From positions 328,538,001 to 328,602,000 of the forward strand of contig OZ024741.1 in NCBI GenBank assembly GCA_964016885.1: a stretch of 64,000 nt of DNA, written 5' to 3'. The notes beneath the pieces are model-generated. The model saw only the letters and a program-made list of their open reading frames with translations, was not told the DNA's origin and made no database searches. A program made the translations under genes and the position numbers. This DNA is from Eledone cirrhosa (lineage: Eukaryota). Shown here piece after piece: positions 36,455-50,420 of the stretch (the stretch's first letter is position 1; every line of letters begins with the position of its first letter).

Positions 36455-39400
36455 ATGACCTCACTCAGAATAGGCAGCATAAATGCGCGTGGCTTGGGGT
36501 CGTCATGGAAGCAGGGCCACCTGCTCAACGACCTCAGGTCACTAAACATAGATGTAGTGGCCATCAGCGAGACCAGAATCTCCGAAGCACAGGCTTTCGC
36601 ACCGATCTTCGTCGGCTACGATGTGTACGCATCTCCCAGCCGTCCGGGATCGGGGGGAGGAGTTGCTGTGCTTTTTCGGAGAGGTTTGGATCTTGCCATA
36701 CGGGCCATCTTCCTGGACCCAGAAGGTAAGTTGGTGGTGCTGGACGTGACCAGCGGAGACGGCTAAGCTTTCAGGTTAGTGGCCGTCTATGCCCCGACAG
36801 GAGCAGGGTGGCCTGATTTCTTCCGGCGTCTGGAGACCTTTCTTGGAACGTCCCGCTCTTTAGTGTTAGTGGGCGACTGGAACGGGATCTTAGATGCACG
36901 CTGGGATTGTGTGGGATTAGTGGATAGGGAAGGAGGGTGCAAGAGTCTCACCAACTTGCTCAGACGTTTTGAACTGTCTGACAGGTACCGAATGGATTTC
37001 CCGAATGTACCAATGTGGACTTCGACAAATCGCATAGGGTCATCCAGATCATATCTAGATAGAGTATTTTGTAGGGAAATAGATAGGTCTAGCATAGGCT
37101 GTCCACAATTCAAGATAGTCAGCTACACGGACCACAAATTCGTGATCTGTGTGCTTGACTTAGATAGGCTTCATAGACGAGGACCCGGCTACTGGAAGCT
37201 AAACGCGTCCTTACCAGCGCGCAAGGCCTACAGAGACCGGATTAGCGAACTAGTTAAGCGGGCGTTGACGTGGGCCATCGTCAACAACAAGTGGTGGTTT
37301 GCTCTGAAAAGAGCAATTAGAATAGAGTCCATTAGGTTTAGTAAGACTTTAGCAATAGAGAAAAATAGAGAAGAGGGAGAATTAGTTAGAAAATTAGATG
37401 AGGCGCTTAGCAAAGGCATCGCGACCGACGTGCTTGCGGCGACATTGGCCCTTGACCAATTCTTCAATGCAAAGCACGAAGGCTGCGTTGTCAGAGCTAG
37501 GGTGCGTGCTCTCAGACACGAGGGGACGAAAGCCGTTCAATGGGCCCGAGTGGCGGCGGCGCGTCGTGGCAACAAAGCCACGATCTGGTCTTTGGTGGAC
37601 CACGACGGGCGCATGCTACTCGATCCCGGGAAAATGTGTGAAGCTTTTCAGCGACACTTCGCTCAACTGTTCGGGGGCAGTGGCGGGCCGGATCGAGGGA
37701 TGGACTTTAGTGTCTACCTCGACGGACTGCCGCGGCTTTCGGCCACTGAGGCGGAGTGTTGCGAAAAGCCGATAACAACCGCTGAAGTACGGGATGCAAT
37801 GACTAGTTGCACAAGGGGTAAATCGCCTGGTTTGGATTGTCTGCCCTATGAACTTTACGTACAAATGCCAAACTTGTTCGGAGGCCTCTTGGTGCACGTC
37901 TACTGCAACTGGCAACAGAACGGGAGAATTCTCAGCTCTGTGAGCCGAGGAGCGGTGGCGCTGCTGAGAAAGGATCCGAACAAGGGGGATAACATAGATA
38001 ATTTTAGGCCCATAACTCTGCTAAACACAGAGTTCAAGATTTTGGCCAAGGTGCTAGCAAAGAGGTTGGCGCTTGTCGTTGGTGGTCTGGTGGGAGAGGC
38101 ACAGACATGCGCCATTCCCGACAGATCCATTCACGACAACCTCCACCTCATGCGATACATTGTAGAGAGGGTATCTAGGGAACCTGGCACGTGTGGGTCT
38201 TTGATCAATTTAGATCAGTCGAAAGCCTTCGATAGGGTCGACCATCGTTACCTAGCGGCAGTCCTGAGGGCGGCTGGCTTTGGGCCCGTCTTCAGAGGCT
38301 GGATCGCTGCCATGCACAGCGACATCTGCTCTGTAGTGAGAGTGAACGGTCACCTTTCGGAACCGTTCAACATGATGCGCTCGGTCCGCCAAGGATGTCC
38401 CCTCTCGTCCCTATTGTACGTATTGACTCTCGAGCCATTACTGCACAAACTGGAGACGTTGAGGGGGGTCCCGCGCCAACTAGGATGCGGAAGATCCGTG
38501 TCAGCATATGCCGACGATGTCACCGTAGTGGTGTCGAACGCCAAACACATCGAGGCGATCGGCACTACACTAAGAGAATACGAAGCGGTGACAGGAGCAA
38601 TGATCAACCAGGAAAAGTCAGTGGGCCTGCAGCTCGGCACCTGGAAAGGCAGGTCCATGCCGTCCAACAGCGCCGTCGGGCGCTGGACGGACGGACCGGT
38701 TAAATTGCTAGGGGTCTGGTTCGGTCCAGACCTCCAGACGGACAAAAACTGGGACGAGGTGACGAGCAGGGTGGCTTCTCTCACCCAGAAATGGGCCGAG
38801 AGGAAGCTATCCCTGAAAGGTCGAGCGGAGGTGGCGAATGCGTACATCGCATCCGTCATCTACTACCGCGTGACCGTCGTACCTTGTCCTAAGCCCCGCC
38901 TGACTGCGCTGGAGTGTTTGCTCTTTCGCTTCTTGTGGAAGGGACGCGCTCCGATGGTCAGGCGGTCCATCTGCTGTCAACACCCGCTACGTGGAGGGCT
39001 GGGCATGCCGTGGCTGATGATGCGCAGACACGCGCTCAGGCTACGACATCTCCACCTCTTCCTCGACGGTGATCTGGTGTGGTCGCCGTTTGCAAGACAC
39101 TTTTTTCCCCAGCTCGTCTCCTTGACGGAGCTGCAGTCCTGGGTCAAGCGAAGACCGAGAGGGAGCGCTTGGAGACTGGAATGTCTTCAGGCGCTCACAG
39201 CCCTCGACCAATCGGGCAATCTGATCGGTGGAAACTCCACCTTGGCGTTCTATAGAGGATTAGTGGAGGGGAAGAGCGACGACGTACTTGGAGAAACTCT
39301 AGGCGTCGACGAAAATCAACTAGACAATCTCTTCGGAAGGACTTTCGGGCCGGGGCCTATGGACAACTTCCAGAAATCCCTGGCCTGGCAGTGCTACCGA

Positions 39401-39874
39401 TGAGCTTTGCCAGTTCGGGATAAACTCTACAGGCATGGAGGTGCCGTCAGCCGGGCATGTCCGAGATGCGCGCAGGGCGACGAAACCGTCCTGCACGCAC
39501 TCGTCCAGTGTCCGAGCATTGCTGACTTGTGGGTTTATGTCGAACACCTGCTGTCACGTGTAGGACGGATCCAGCTATCAGCTGAGTCCATCGTGAGGAT
39601 TGCCCCGCCCCCTTCCTTTAGCCTGGAAGGGCAGGCAGTTTTTATCTGTCTGGTGGCCATGGCGAAAGAGATAGTATGGTGGACACGTTTGAAAGGGCTG
39701 AAGACGAGCACTTACCTCTTCGGTGATGCCCTGATTAACTTTTTCAAATTTCATTTGAAAAGGAAAATCAGGGTAGAGAGGGAAGTGCTCTCTTCCCAGC
39801 ATTTTGTTGAAAGATGGGTGAGAGAAGCAAGTATGGCCCGAATGAATGGGCCTTCTCTGAGTATGTGTCTGTAA
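36455..39874 (+). pseudogene. LINE ORF2 with two nonsense changes (TAA 36764, TGA 39401)
   Basis: Collinear with copy 1. CAA>TAA and GGA>TGA relative to copy 1. Confidence 0.93.
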
Positions 39875-40110
39875 ATTAAAGGTGGAAAACTGGGAGAGGG
39901 CACTTGCCCTGGTGGTCAGGGCCACTGTGGTCTTTTAATGGGCTTTCTCCACAAATGTCCCTTGGAAGTCTCCCCCCTATTGGGGAATTTTTATTTGTTA
40001 TTTTATTTCAACATTTTACACGCAGAAATGTCCATTTGTACCGTCCTGTATTGTCCTGTACTGTCCTTAATGTCTACTTTATATGAACCCTTGTGGTTAA
40101 TAAAGAAAAC

Positions 40111-40162
<52 letters not shown>

Positions 40163-40163
<1 letters not shown>

Positions 40164-43100
40164 GGACGCACATTTGTGAAGACAGTACAAGTCTGCGGGA
40201 GAAAAGGTTTGTAACCTTAAGTTGTTTTAAAGTATCATTTTTGTATTTTCTTGTCGTTAACGAAACATAAGGTACACATCTTGGTTTCAAAGAAATGATA
40301 CCTCTCAATATTCGGGCTTTAAGCCCGAATATTCAGATTTGTTTTTAAAATCTTCGAAAAAAATCGCTTCCCCACCAAAAAAAAAAAATATTTGGAAATT
40401 TTCGACCTTGAAACGGTAAACAATGTTCAGGTCAAAAGTTTAAAAGCAGCCACTGTAGATTTCACCACAATAACGACTATGTTCAAAACCGAGGCCCTTG
40501 CTATTAAGCACTCGGTGACCCCCTGCAGAACGGAACGCATTATCATGCACCCGTCCTACAAGGGTAAAAGGACAGTAAAGGTCCGCATTCCCAGCATCCC
40601 ACCAGGAATGGACATATGGTGGCTGCTGGGATGCGTAATCGAGGAGGAGACAGACACTACCGTCCTGGATATCAAAAGGACAGAGAGAGAAAAACGGTCC
40701 GGAATGAATTTGGAGATTCTTCTCCAAATTAAACCGGAGGACATGAACAACATCCCGGATTTTGCCCGCCTGCAGGACGGGACAACAATCCAACTAATCA
40801 CTGAAGGATGAAGGCCACACTGCTTCGTCTGCGGGGAAGCAACGCATCTGCGAGCCTTCTGCCCTCAGCGCAAAAATGCAGGGGGTCGCACACCTCCTTT
40901 GTTGCCAACGCCAGTGTCAGCACGGAAAGCTGCACCACCACCACCACCAAAAACAACACCAACAAAGACACGGACACCAACATCAAAAACAGCCGGACCA
41001 CCACCAACACCGAAACCAATCCAAGACTAAACGAGGAAAGCTCTACCCCATACCCCCCCCCCCCCCAATTATACACATAGACAAAACAATAAACGTACAC
41101 ACAGACACAGAGACACACACAGCCACAAACCCTTTGTCTTCCAGCAGCGAAGATGAAGTGAAACCCAAAAGTGCAAAAAACAGAGAACACTCACCAAAAA
41201 AAAAGCCCCAACAAAACAAAATAGTACACAACAAAAAATAGACACCACTAACGCAAACACTTCCCCAATAATATCAGCACCAAACAGCAACATCCACACC
41301 ACCCCCACAATCCCCGAAACGCAAACAACCTAAACAAACACAAGTACAAATAAACACACAAATACCTGAAATTGCAGACACCACACCTAAAACAATACCC
41401 GAAACACACCACCAAAACCATCACCACCACAGTCACCAAAATAAAAACAAATAAAACCACACCAACAAAATGTTAAAAACTTCGTGCTTGTGAGAAGGGC
41501 CAACGAGAAACTGATTGCCCTCTTAGCACGAAGCGAGGTCATTCAAACAGAGGGGGAGATTTTGAAATGAGCACATTTTGCGTGCCAGAAGATTTGCTTC
41601 TGGTCCGAATGTCACACGATTCCTTCAAAGAAATTCGAGAGAGTTTTCCTCAAGACGTGGGAACTCATATCGAGACTTTAAAGACGTTCTCCAAAGAAAC
41701 ACCACCAACCATGGAGGTCGAACCCCCCGACCTTCACAAGACCCCGGGAGGTAAGTAAACCTTTCCTCTCTCTTTTAGCTTGCCAACATGGCCATATTAA
41801 GAGTAGGAAGATTAAATGTTCGTGGCCTGGGGTCACCCTGAAAGCAGGATCGCCTCAGGTCGCTGGAAATGGATGTGATTGCGTCAGCGAGACCAGAATT
41901 TCCGACACGCGCGCACTAGCCCCCATTTTCGACGACTATCAGATCTACGCATCTGTTAGCAGGCCGGGAATGGGGGTGGGGTGGAAGTGCTGTTTAGGGA
42001 AGGACTGGATCTCGAGGTAAGGTTGATCTTCCGGAACTCGGACGGTAAGTTGGTGGTCTCGGATGTGAGTAGTAGCAAAGGTTGTGCTTTTAGACTGCTG
42101 GCCCTCTACGCCCCTACAGGGGCCGGACGACCGGACTTCTTTAGGCGCCTGGAGACCTTTCTGAGTACGTCTCGCCTTTTACTGTTAGCGGGGGACTGGG
42201 ATGGCATCTTAGACGCACGGTGGGATTGTGTGGGAGTTACCGATAGGAGCGGCGGGTGCAAAAGCCTCAAGCACCTACTCAGCCAGTTCCATCTGTCTGA
42301 CAGGTATCGACTAGATTTCCCCAATGTGCCAGTATGGACATGGACCAAACGAATGGGGTCATCTAGATCGTATATAGAAAGGATCTTCATTAGGAAATTA
42401 GATAGAAATTGTGTAGGCTGCCCACTTTTTAAAACGGTCGCCTATTCAGATCAGAAATTTGTGATCTGTACGGTCGACCAAGATAAAACGCGTAGGTTAG
42501 GACCAGGTTACTGGCAAAGAACTAGCGTTAGAGAAAAATAGAAAGGAGGGGGGGGGGCTGGTAGACGAGGCTATTTGTAGTGGCATTGCAACTGACGTGC
42601 TAGCGGCGAGAATTGCATAGAACCATTTCTTCATTGCGAAACACGAAGGTTGCATTGTCAGATCTAAGGCGCGTGCGCTGAGAAACGAGGGAACCAAAGC
42701 TGTTCGATGGGCCCCGTGGCGGAGGCGCAGCGTGGTAATAAAAGCACAATTCGGTCTTTGGCGGACCGAGACTGACACGAGATAAGCGATTCCAAGCGGA
42801 TGTGTGAGGCTTTCGCCAGCATTTTGCTCCATTGTTCGGGGAGAGTGGCGAGTCAGAGAGTGTAGCGGATTTCAGTCCTTACCTTGACGGCTTGCCGCGC
42901 ATCTCGAGAGTCGACGCTGAGCGCTGCGAAAGGCCGATTACTTCAGCCGAAATTCGGGACGCCCTTGTCGGCTGCATGAGGTGCAAGTCATCCGGTTTGG
43001 ATGGCCTGCCCTACGAGCTTTACGTACATATGCCAGACTTGTTCTCCGATCTCCACGAAGCACTCTACTGCAACTGGCAGCAGAATGGGAGTATTCCCAG

Positions 43101-44225
43101 TTCTGTGAGCAGGGGAGTAGTGACGCTGATAATGAAATACGAGAACAAGAGGGATACATTAGACAACTTCAGGCCCATATCTCTGTTCAACACAGAGTTT
43201 AAGATTTTGGCCAAGGTATTAGCAAAGAGATTGGCGCTCGTCGTCGAGGATTTGGTTGGGGAAGCGCAAACTTGCCCAATCCCAGCCAGGTCCATACACG
43301 ACAATCTCCACCTCATGCGATACATCATAGAGAGGGTAGGGTGTAAACCTGGCTTCGGTGGAGCACTCATCAATTTAGATCAATCGAATGCATTCGATAG
43401 GGTCGCCCATCGATATCTAGAAGTTTCTCCTCAAAGCAGCTGGCTTCGGCATTGTCTTCAGAATCTGGATCGCTCCAATGCACAGCGGCACACGCTCGGT
43501 GGTCAAGGTTAATGGCCACCTCTCGGAACCATTTCGGCTCTCCCGATCGGTCCGTCAAGGGCAACCTCTCTCTTCCCTTCTGTACGTATTGACTCTCGAG
43601 CCTTTACTGCGGACGCTGGAGCTGTTGCAGGGAATCCCGCTCGAACCGGGACGTGGAAAAGCGGTGTCAGCTTATGCGGACGACATCACCGTGATGGTGT
43701 CGAACACCTCAGAAACCGACGTGGTCGGCACCTTATTGAAGGAATATGAAAAGTTGACAGGAGCCAAACTTAACCAGGAAAAGTCGGTGGGCTTGCAGCT
43801 CGGAACCTGGAGAGGCAAGCCCATGCCGTCCAACAGCGTCGTGGGACGCTGGACGGATGAACCGGTAAAGTTGCTCGGGGTTTGGTTCGGACCAGACCTC
43901 CAGGTGGAAAAGAATTGGGACGAGGCAACAAGCAGAGTAGACAGTCTCACCCAAAAATGGGCTGGGAGGAAGCTATCACTGAAAGGTCGCGCGGAGGTGA
44001 CGAATGCGTACATCGCGTCCGTCATCTACTACCGCCTGACCGTCGTGCCTTGCCCACGTCCGCGCCTCGTCAAGTTGGAACGGCTCCTCTTCAAATTCTT
44101 GTGGAGGGGACAAGTTCCGTTGGTGAGGCGGTCCATCTGCTGCCAGCACTCTCTACGCGGAGGGATGGGCATGCCGTGGCTAATGATGCGCAGACATGCG
44201 TTGAGGCTGCGATATCTCCAGATAT
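40163..44225 (+). mobile_element. Tx1-type LINE, copy 3, older subfamily, decayed and 3'-truncated
   Basis: ORF1 remnants (CFVCGEATHLRAFC after the stop at 40811). ORF2 pieces at 41788-44225 include FRPISLFN, VRQGQPLS and AYADD. Many frameshifts. Confidence 0.9.
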
Positions 44226-44359
44226 TCTGCCTAAACGGTAACAGGTCCGTCCTGGGGAAGATGCCAAAGGGGAGGGTATAGGGGTGTCATCAGTGTGGCT
44301 GTGTATGTGTGCCGAGCCGATTGGAAGAAATTGATAGATGTGCATGCCTGTAGTCTGCG

Positions 44360-44372
44360 TGTTGTTGTTGTA

Positions 44373-44457
<85 letters not shown>

Positions 44458-44645
44458 GATGAGGATGAAGATAAGGAGGAGGCCCGAGGCTAGGTTTTTC
44501 CGGGTACCTTCATAAATAGAGAGAGAGAGAGAGTGATGAAGAGAAAGTGACAGTGAATATGAGAGAGTAGATTGAAAAAGAGACATAGAGAGAGAGTGTG
44601 TGTGTGTGAAGGAGAGAGTGTGAGAGAGAGAGTGAGAGAGAGATA

Positions 44646-44688
<43 letters not shown>

Positions 44689-44698
44689 GAGAGAAAGA

Positions 44699-44752
<54 letters not shown>

Positions 44753-44780
44753 GAGAGTGAGAGAGAGAGAGAGAGGGAGC
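44360..44780. repeat. (CAG)n, (TAG)n and (GA)n microsatellites
   Basis: Directly visible. Confidence 0.95.
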
Positions 44781-44990
44781 TGTTGGTTTTGTTGAATGAA
44801 ATTATAACAAGTGACTTCAAAGAATACTGTCTCTAGCTCGAATTTTGTGACTAAATATTACGTCATATGTATCGTAGAACTTATGTTAGCACAGGAAGTG
44901 TATAGTGAATATTTCCTGGTAAATAGGAAGGGTTTCTAAGTGTGTGCTTATATATGTGTGTTTATATATATATGTCTATATATATACATA

Positions 44991-45050
<60 letters not shown>

Positions 45051-45064
45051 CATATATATATATA

Positions 45065-46321
45065 TAGTATTAATTATACTATTTATGGTTATGTAAATAC
45101 AAAAACCTTTTGCAAATTTGACTCCTTCGGCTTTAAAACCTTTAAAAGCCCCCCTCATAACACACTACTTAACTCCTTTGAAAATGACCTAGTTAAACTA
45201 GTTAAGAACATTAAATACAATAAGCACCATAATAGAAGCAACACCTTCTTAAACAAACTTAACACCTCTATTAATGGATTCAAAGCTAGTAATAAAATTA
45301 TTGTACACGCAGATAAAACTAATAACATATACAGCCTAGATTATAATACTTATAGAAAGTTTATATATAATGAACTACATAAAAGCTACAAGAAGACCAC
45401 CTTGAAAAACTTAGAAGATATTAATATAGAGGGATATAATATAGTGTCTAAACTAGGACTTCAGAGGCAGACACAACACTTCACCCCAAACCCCACTAGA
45501 TTCTCTCTGAAGGACCATAAGGAGGACTTCATCAGCAACCCCTCGATAAGACTTCTCTGCCCTTCCAAGTCCGACATTGGTATTATCAGCAAGAAAATTT
45601 TGGATAAAATCATCCCACAAATTAACACACAAGATACACCTTAAGCAATGAGGAAATACGGGTGAAGTGATTGAATGGTTCAAAGATATCAAGAATAATA
45701 AGGACAAAAAATTTATTCAATTTGATATCAATTCATACTACACCTCTATTTCCCCTATCCTATTAAATAAGGCACTAATCATGGCCATGAACAATAGCGA
45801 CCTAATTAGAGCCCAGATTGATGTCATCCTTGCGGCCCGTAAAACCATAATCACCTTCGAGGACCAACTATGGAGACGCAAGGATACGCACAACAACTTC
45901 GACATAACCATGGGATCTAGTGACTCGGCGCAGGTCACTGATTTGGTCGGCCTATACCTTCTTAATGAAATCCATAAGGACCTCCCTTACCTCAACGATG
46001 GTTTGTACCGCGATGATGCACTTCTACTTATAGAATATAAAAAAATTAATATAGAAAGAACTAGAAAACAATTGCACAAGACATTCAAAAACTTTAACCT
46101 TAGTATCACCATGGACAAAAACACTAAAAATGTTAACTTCCTAGACGCCACACTATACCTAGAATCAAAAATATATACACCTTTCCATAAGCCCAACGAA
46201 AAACTCATTTACGTAGATACCAAGTCTAATCACCCTAGATCAATATTAAACTCTATCTCTAAGGGGGTATCCAGTAGAATCTCTAGTCTATCCTATGACG
46301 CAAACATATTTAGCAAAAACT
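45065..46321 (+). pseudogene. Penelope-like RT fragment, truncated at both ends
   Basis: HADKTNN, LKDHKEDF..NP.IRLL.PSKS, FIQFDINSYY, MGSSDSA, LYRDDAL, VNFLD, HKPNE..YV...SNHP. Break near 45640. Same type as the 23.7 kb remnant. Confidence 0.85.
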
Positions 46322-46436
46322 CACGTGCAACATGCACAGAAAATTTGGTCAAATTCAGTTGGTAATTGTGAAAGCCTTATGCATGCCGAGTTGTACACCG
46401 TCACACACACATCCTCGCTTTTATTTATATAAAGAT
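46322..46436 (-). mobile_element. Helitron 5'-end fragment
   Basis: Minus strand reads A|TCTTTATATAAATAAAAAGCGAGGATGTGTGTGT, like the 5' ends at ~50415 and ~57275. Confidence 0.5.
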
Positions 46437-46441
46437 ATGTT

Positions 46442-46556
<115 letters not shown>

Positions 46557-46642
46557 GTATATATATACACACACACACATATATATATATATGTATATAG
46601 ACCCACATACATATATATACACACAAAAAACACACACACACA

Positions 46643-46690
<48 letters not shown>

Positions 46691-46691
<1 letters not shown>

Positions 46692-49600
46692 TACCAGTTT
46701 AGCCCGGCGTTGCTCGGGTTTGTTCATTTGCCATGAAAAGTTACATACAGGTAAACGTGGACTGAAAGCGAATAAGCTTATCAATTAAGTGCATAAAGCA
46801 GTTGAACCGGTTATTAAAAGTTACGAACCAAATAGCATTTTGGACAATTAATGATGGGTTAATAATCTTCCAATAGCGAATTTAGCAGACCAAAGTTGCA
46901 AGATGGTGGCCCTGATGCCGCTGGGTGTCAGATCTGTCCGCCATGGGTGACCCTGCCAGGAAATAGTTTTCCAGACGGCATAGCTCCAACACCTCCAACA
47001 CTTGCACCAACATCTATAGCACCTCTTTGTAGACGATATTGCGTGTCATCCCTTGAAGAGTGTAAGCAGAGAGTCCATTCCTGTTCCCTGCGCGGGAACA
47101 GGCAACATAAAGTTGGCCATGGGAGAAGCATGGCTCCCCCAAATCGATGCCCGCCACCGACAATGTTTGCCCTTGTGATTTATTAATGGACATGGCAAAA
47201 CATGGTCTCACCGGGAATTGGGATCGCCCGAAATCGAACGGGATATCTGACGCCGAGGGGAAAAGGTTCATCCTTGGAATGAAAACATTCTCCCCTCTCC
47301 AGCACCCCGTTACAATGGTGGCCTCAATCAAGTGGGGCGTCAGTGACTTAACGACCATGCGAGTACCGTTGCACTGCTTTGATGGAGGCATGTTCCTTAT
47401 TAGCATAATGGGACAGCCAACCCTAAGCTTAAGAATGTGAGATGGGATCCATGGGGGTTTAAGGGAATTTAATAACTCAACCAGATAATTAACGATATCG
47501 TCGTGGTCGGACGTCCGGTCGATAGATTTGAAGATGTGCTCTTAATCGGGAATCTTCTTATCAGCTGCTCGTTAATAAAATTAACCATGGCATTTTTCGG
47601 GGAAAGGATGGTTCTTTCGGTGAGCCAATCGAGGTTTTTAAAGTTAGATGAGACATTAGGAAAAACTGCTTCCCAAAGTTCAAAAGGGCTGCTTGCAATT
47701 TTGCACAGGGAGTCGATTGCTATGCCGCCCTTGTCATCTGCAGGGACCTTGCACTCACCAAGTGCTAAAATGTTCTGAGCAAATGCGGCAGACATGCTGT
47801 GACCATGCAAATGAGCACGCATATTTGTGCTCAGGTAGAACCTCTTCACCTGGGACCACAACATGGATGACTTAAGGCAGGCACGCACTTCATCAGCTCT
47901 TGTCCCTTTGGGGATGACAGGCCGTGTTTGCCCAAAATCCGCTGTTAGCAGAAGGGTTACGCCACCCATAGGAACCGTAGAATCCCTAATGTCTTTCAAG
48001 GTCCTGTTCAAAGCCTCAAGGGCACCCTTGTGTGCAAATGAGCACTCATCCCAAACAATGAGGCAACATCATTTGAGAACCAGAGCTTCATGTGAGCTCT
48101 TGCTGATATTGCATGTTGGTTCTCAGTTTTTACTAAATCCAAGAGGAATTTAAAGGTTGAATGTGCTGTCCTGCCTCCCGGCAGCAAAGTAGCAGCGATC
48201 CCGGAGGATACAACGGCCAATTTTTTTCTCCTGACGAATCTTAGCGAGAATCAATTTCGTTACAAAGGTTTTTCCGGTACCCCCAGGTGCATCGAGAAAG
48301 TAAATGCCTCCAGTCTGATTTTGAACCGCGTCAATGATAGTTAAATAGACCAACCTTTGGTCCGACAGAAGTTTGAGCTCATTTTCCTCTAAGTATTGGG
48401 AAAGAGATTCGATGTCATATGCTGTTCCCCGTAACAAATCCGAGGCCAACGTGTTAGCTTCCTATCTGACGGTTGACGACAGGCCATACGTCGCCAACTC
48501 ACTTCCACCCATGTCGATGAGGGCGTCCTCGATATTAATGAGTGCCCTGTTGTAGATAATGTCGCTGTAACCAACTTCGCCTGCAGATGAGCCAGGCGCA
48601 GGAAGTCTTCAGACATGAAGTCTCTGTACTTGACCCATAAAGATTTGGGATCACCCAATTCACACTTTTGAAGCAAAATGGCAAAGAGTTCCCGTAGACT
48701 TTTAGATAATTTCAACAAAGCACCCTCTGCTAAAGTGGAATCCCATTTCAAGCTTCCCGGTACGTATCACATCTTTCTCCATCAACAGTTTTTAGGTCCT
48801 GAAAACTGTGTAGGCCTACAACTTCATGCAGAAGAAGGCGGAGATGAAAGCACACATGTTGACTTCGGGGCATAGTGTAAACCCTTCCAAGACAGTTGTC
48901 AAATTTTACACCAGGATGTCTTTCAACAACCTGAGCTACTTTCTTTGCACCCAAGTGATTTTCGACCATATAAAGTAGGGTGGAACCTGGGAGTACACAA
49001 TTGTTTGCTCAAATGTAACAAACTGGCAAAGTTTGAAGAAACCCGTTAGAGTGGTCTCTTTCGGATCGGCGGTCAACTTGGCGGCGGTTTGGTCCGGAAA
49101 GTAAACCCTTTGCCCATTTTCAAAATTTACGCAAGCTGTACGATGGCGGGGTGCCGTTGGTGTAGGGGTAAACCAAATAGGCGCCAAAAAGCTTCATTGC
49201 TACTGATGTACCGCCCCACCAGGTATTCTGTGACCTCGTCCCTGCTATTTTCAGCTTGAAATGCAAACATTGCCGCATCAGAGCCCTTATTTATATATTT
49301 GCAGATGTATTTTATCGACTTGACGGAGATGCAAAACTCAACGTTGATGTGGGCGTTGAACATCTTCAAGAGAAGCGGGCAGTAAGGGACCACCCATCTA
49401 TTGTCGACTTGACCTTCCTTTACTGTTGTGGTTTAACCACCGTTCTCGGGCCGTCTCCGCCTGTACAGGGGGTACCCGTCCCCACCAGTCTGAGTCTCGT
49501 CAACAAATTTTTTTGGGTATCCCTTACTGCACGACCCCCCTTTTCAGACACGTGTGATGCTCATTAGGTTCCAATGCACACGGATCATGTTAGCTTTGAC

Positions 49601-50420
49601 GATGTCATGTAATTCCTGGTCAGTTGCTGGGTTAGGGATTTCAGCCGAAATGAAGCTGTCTATGGTATTTGAATTGATTTTATAAGCTATCCAAATCAAA
49701 ATGTGGGCAGGTGGCAGCCCTCGTTTTTGCCATTCGACGGTGAACATGTCACATTTTACAGCCCCAAATACCTGACCCTTTTTTATTAAAACCATGAGTT
49801 TAGCCAGTTTCAGTCTGAACACTCTGGCAATGAGGTCATGTCTGTTCGAATAATTTTGCCCAGGAAAAGGTTCACGGGTTACGTTCCGATTCATATGTCT
49901 ATAGCATTAATCTGTTATATAAATTGTTATTTTGCGGGTTGTTATTTACAATAGGCCGATTTAAAATGCTCCAGAAAAGCCGTATGTCAATACGGATCGC
50001 CAAAGACTCCTGCAGCAGTTAAATTATAGAGAGGGCGAATAATCTATTATATAGAGATGGAAGAGCGACGGAGAGAGTAAAGCTAAGAAACTATAGGGAG
50101 GTGTGTAAAACAGTGTTGTCATATAGAGAGTGAAGAGCGAGAGACAGAGTAAAGCAGTTACATTTTAGAGAGGGGGAATGATCTATTATAGAGAGAGGGA
50201 AGAGCGACGGAGAGAGTAATGCTAAGAAACTATGTTACCCCTCAAAGCGTAATCGATTTTTGCCCTTATTGTTGATTGATTTGAAATTGTTTCGCTTCAT
50301 GACCTTCTCCTGAGCAAAAGCAATAATTGTCCCGACCTTGAATAGAATCCGTTGGAAATTGTGGACGTGCATACGTTACAAACCTTAACACACACATCCT
50401 CAGCTTTATATATATGTATA
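46691..50420 (-). mobile_element. Decayed Helitron with Rep and Pif1 helicase remnants
   Basis: Rep motif VEWQKRGLPPAHIL. KYICKYINKG. Helicase motifs DAPGGTGKT, GRTAHSTFK, CNGTR, QFPVRPCFAMSINKSQGQT, HGQLYVACSR. 3' hairpin CCCG-AGCAACGC-CGGG near 46702-46718. Confidence 0.92.

Larger units (their letters stand above)
33746..40112 (+). mobile_element. Tx1-type LINE, copy 2
   Basis: Broken ORF1 plus an ORF2 nearly identical to copy 1. AATAAA at ~40099, then (ATT)n at 40112-40162. Confidence 0.92.

Noticed and set aside
28106-44345. Antisense and alternate-frame ORFs over the LINEs
   Set aside because: Shadow ORFs of GC-richer LINE coding sequence, repeated only because the copies are homologous.
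39401-45651. In-frame TGA codons as selenocysteine recoding (39401, ~45649)
   Set aside because: They correspond to Gly (GGA in copy 1) and probably Trp positions in copies with other lesions. No SECIS was identified.
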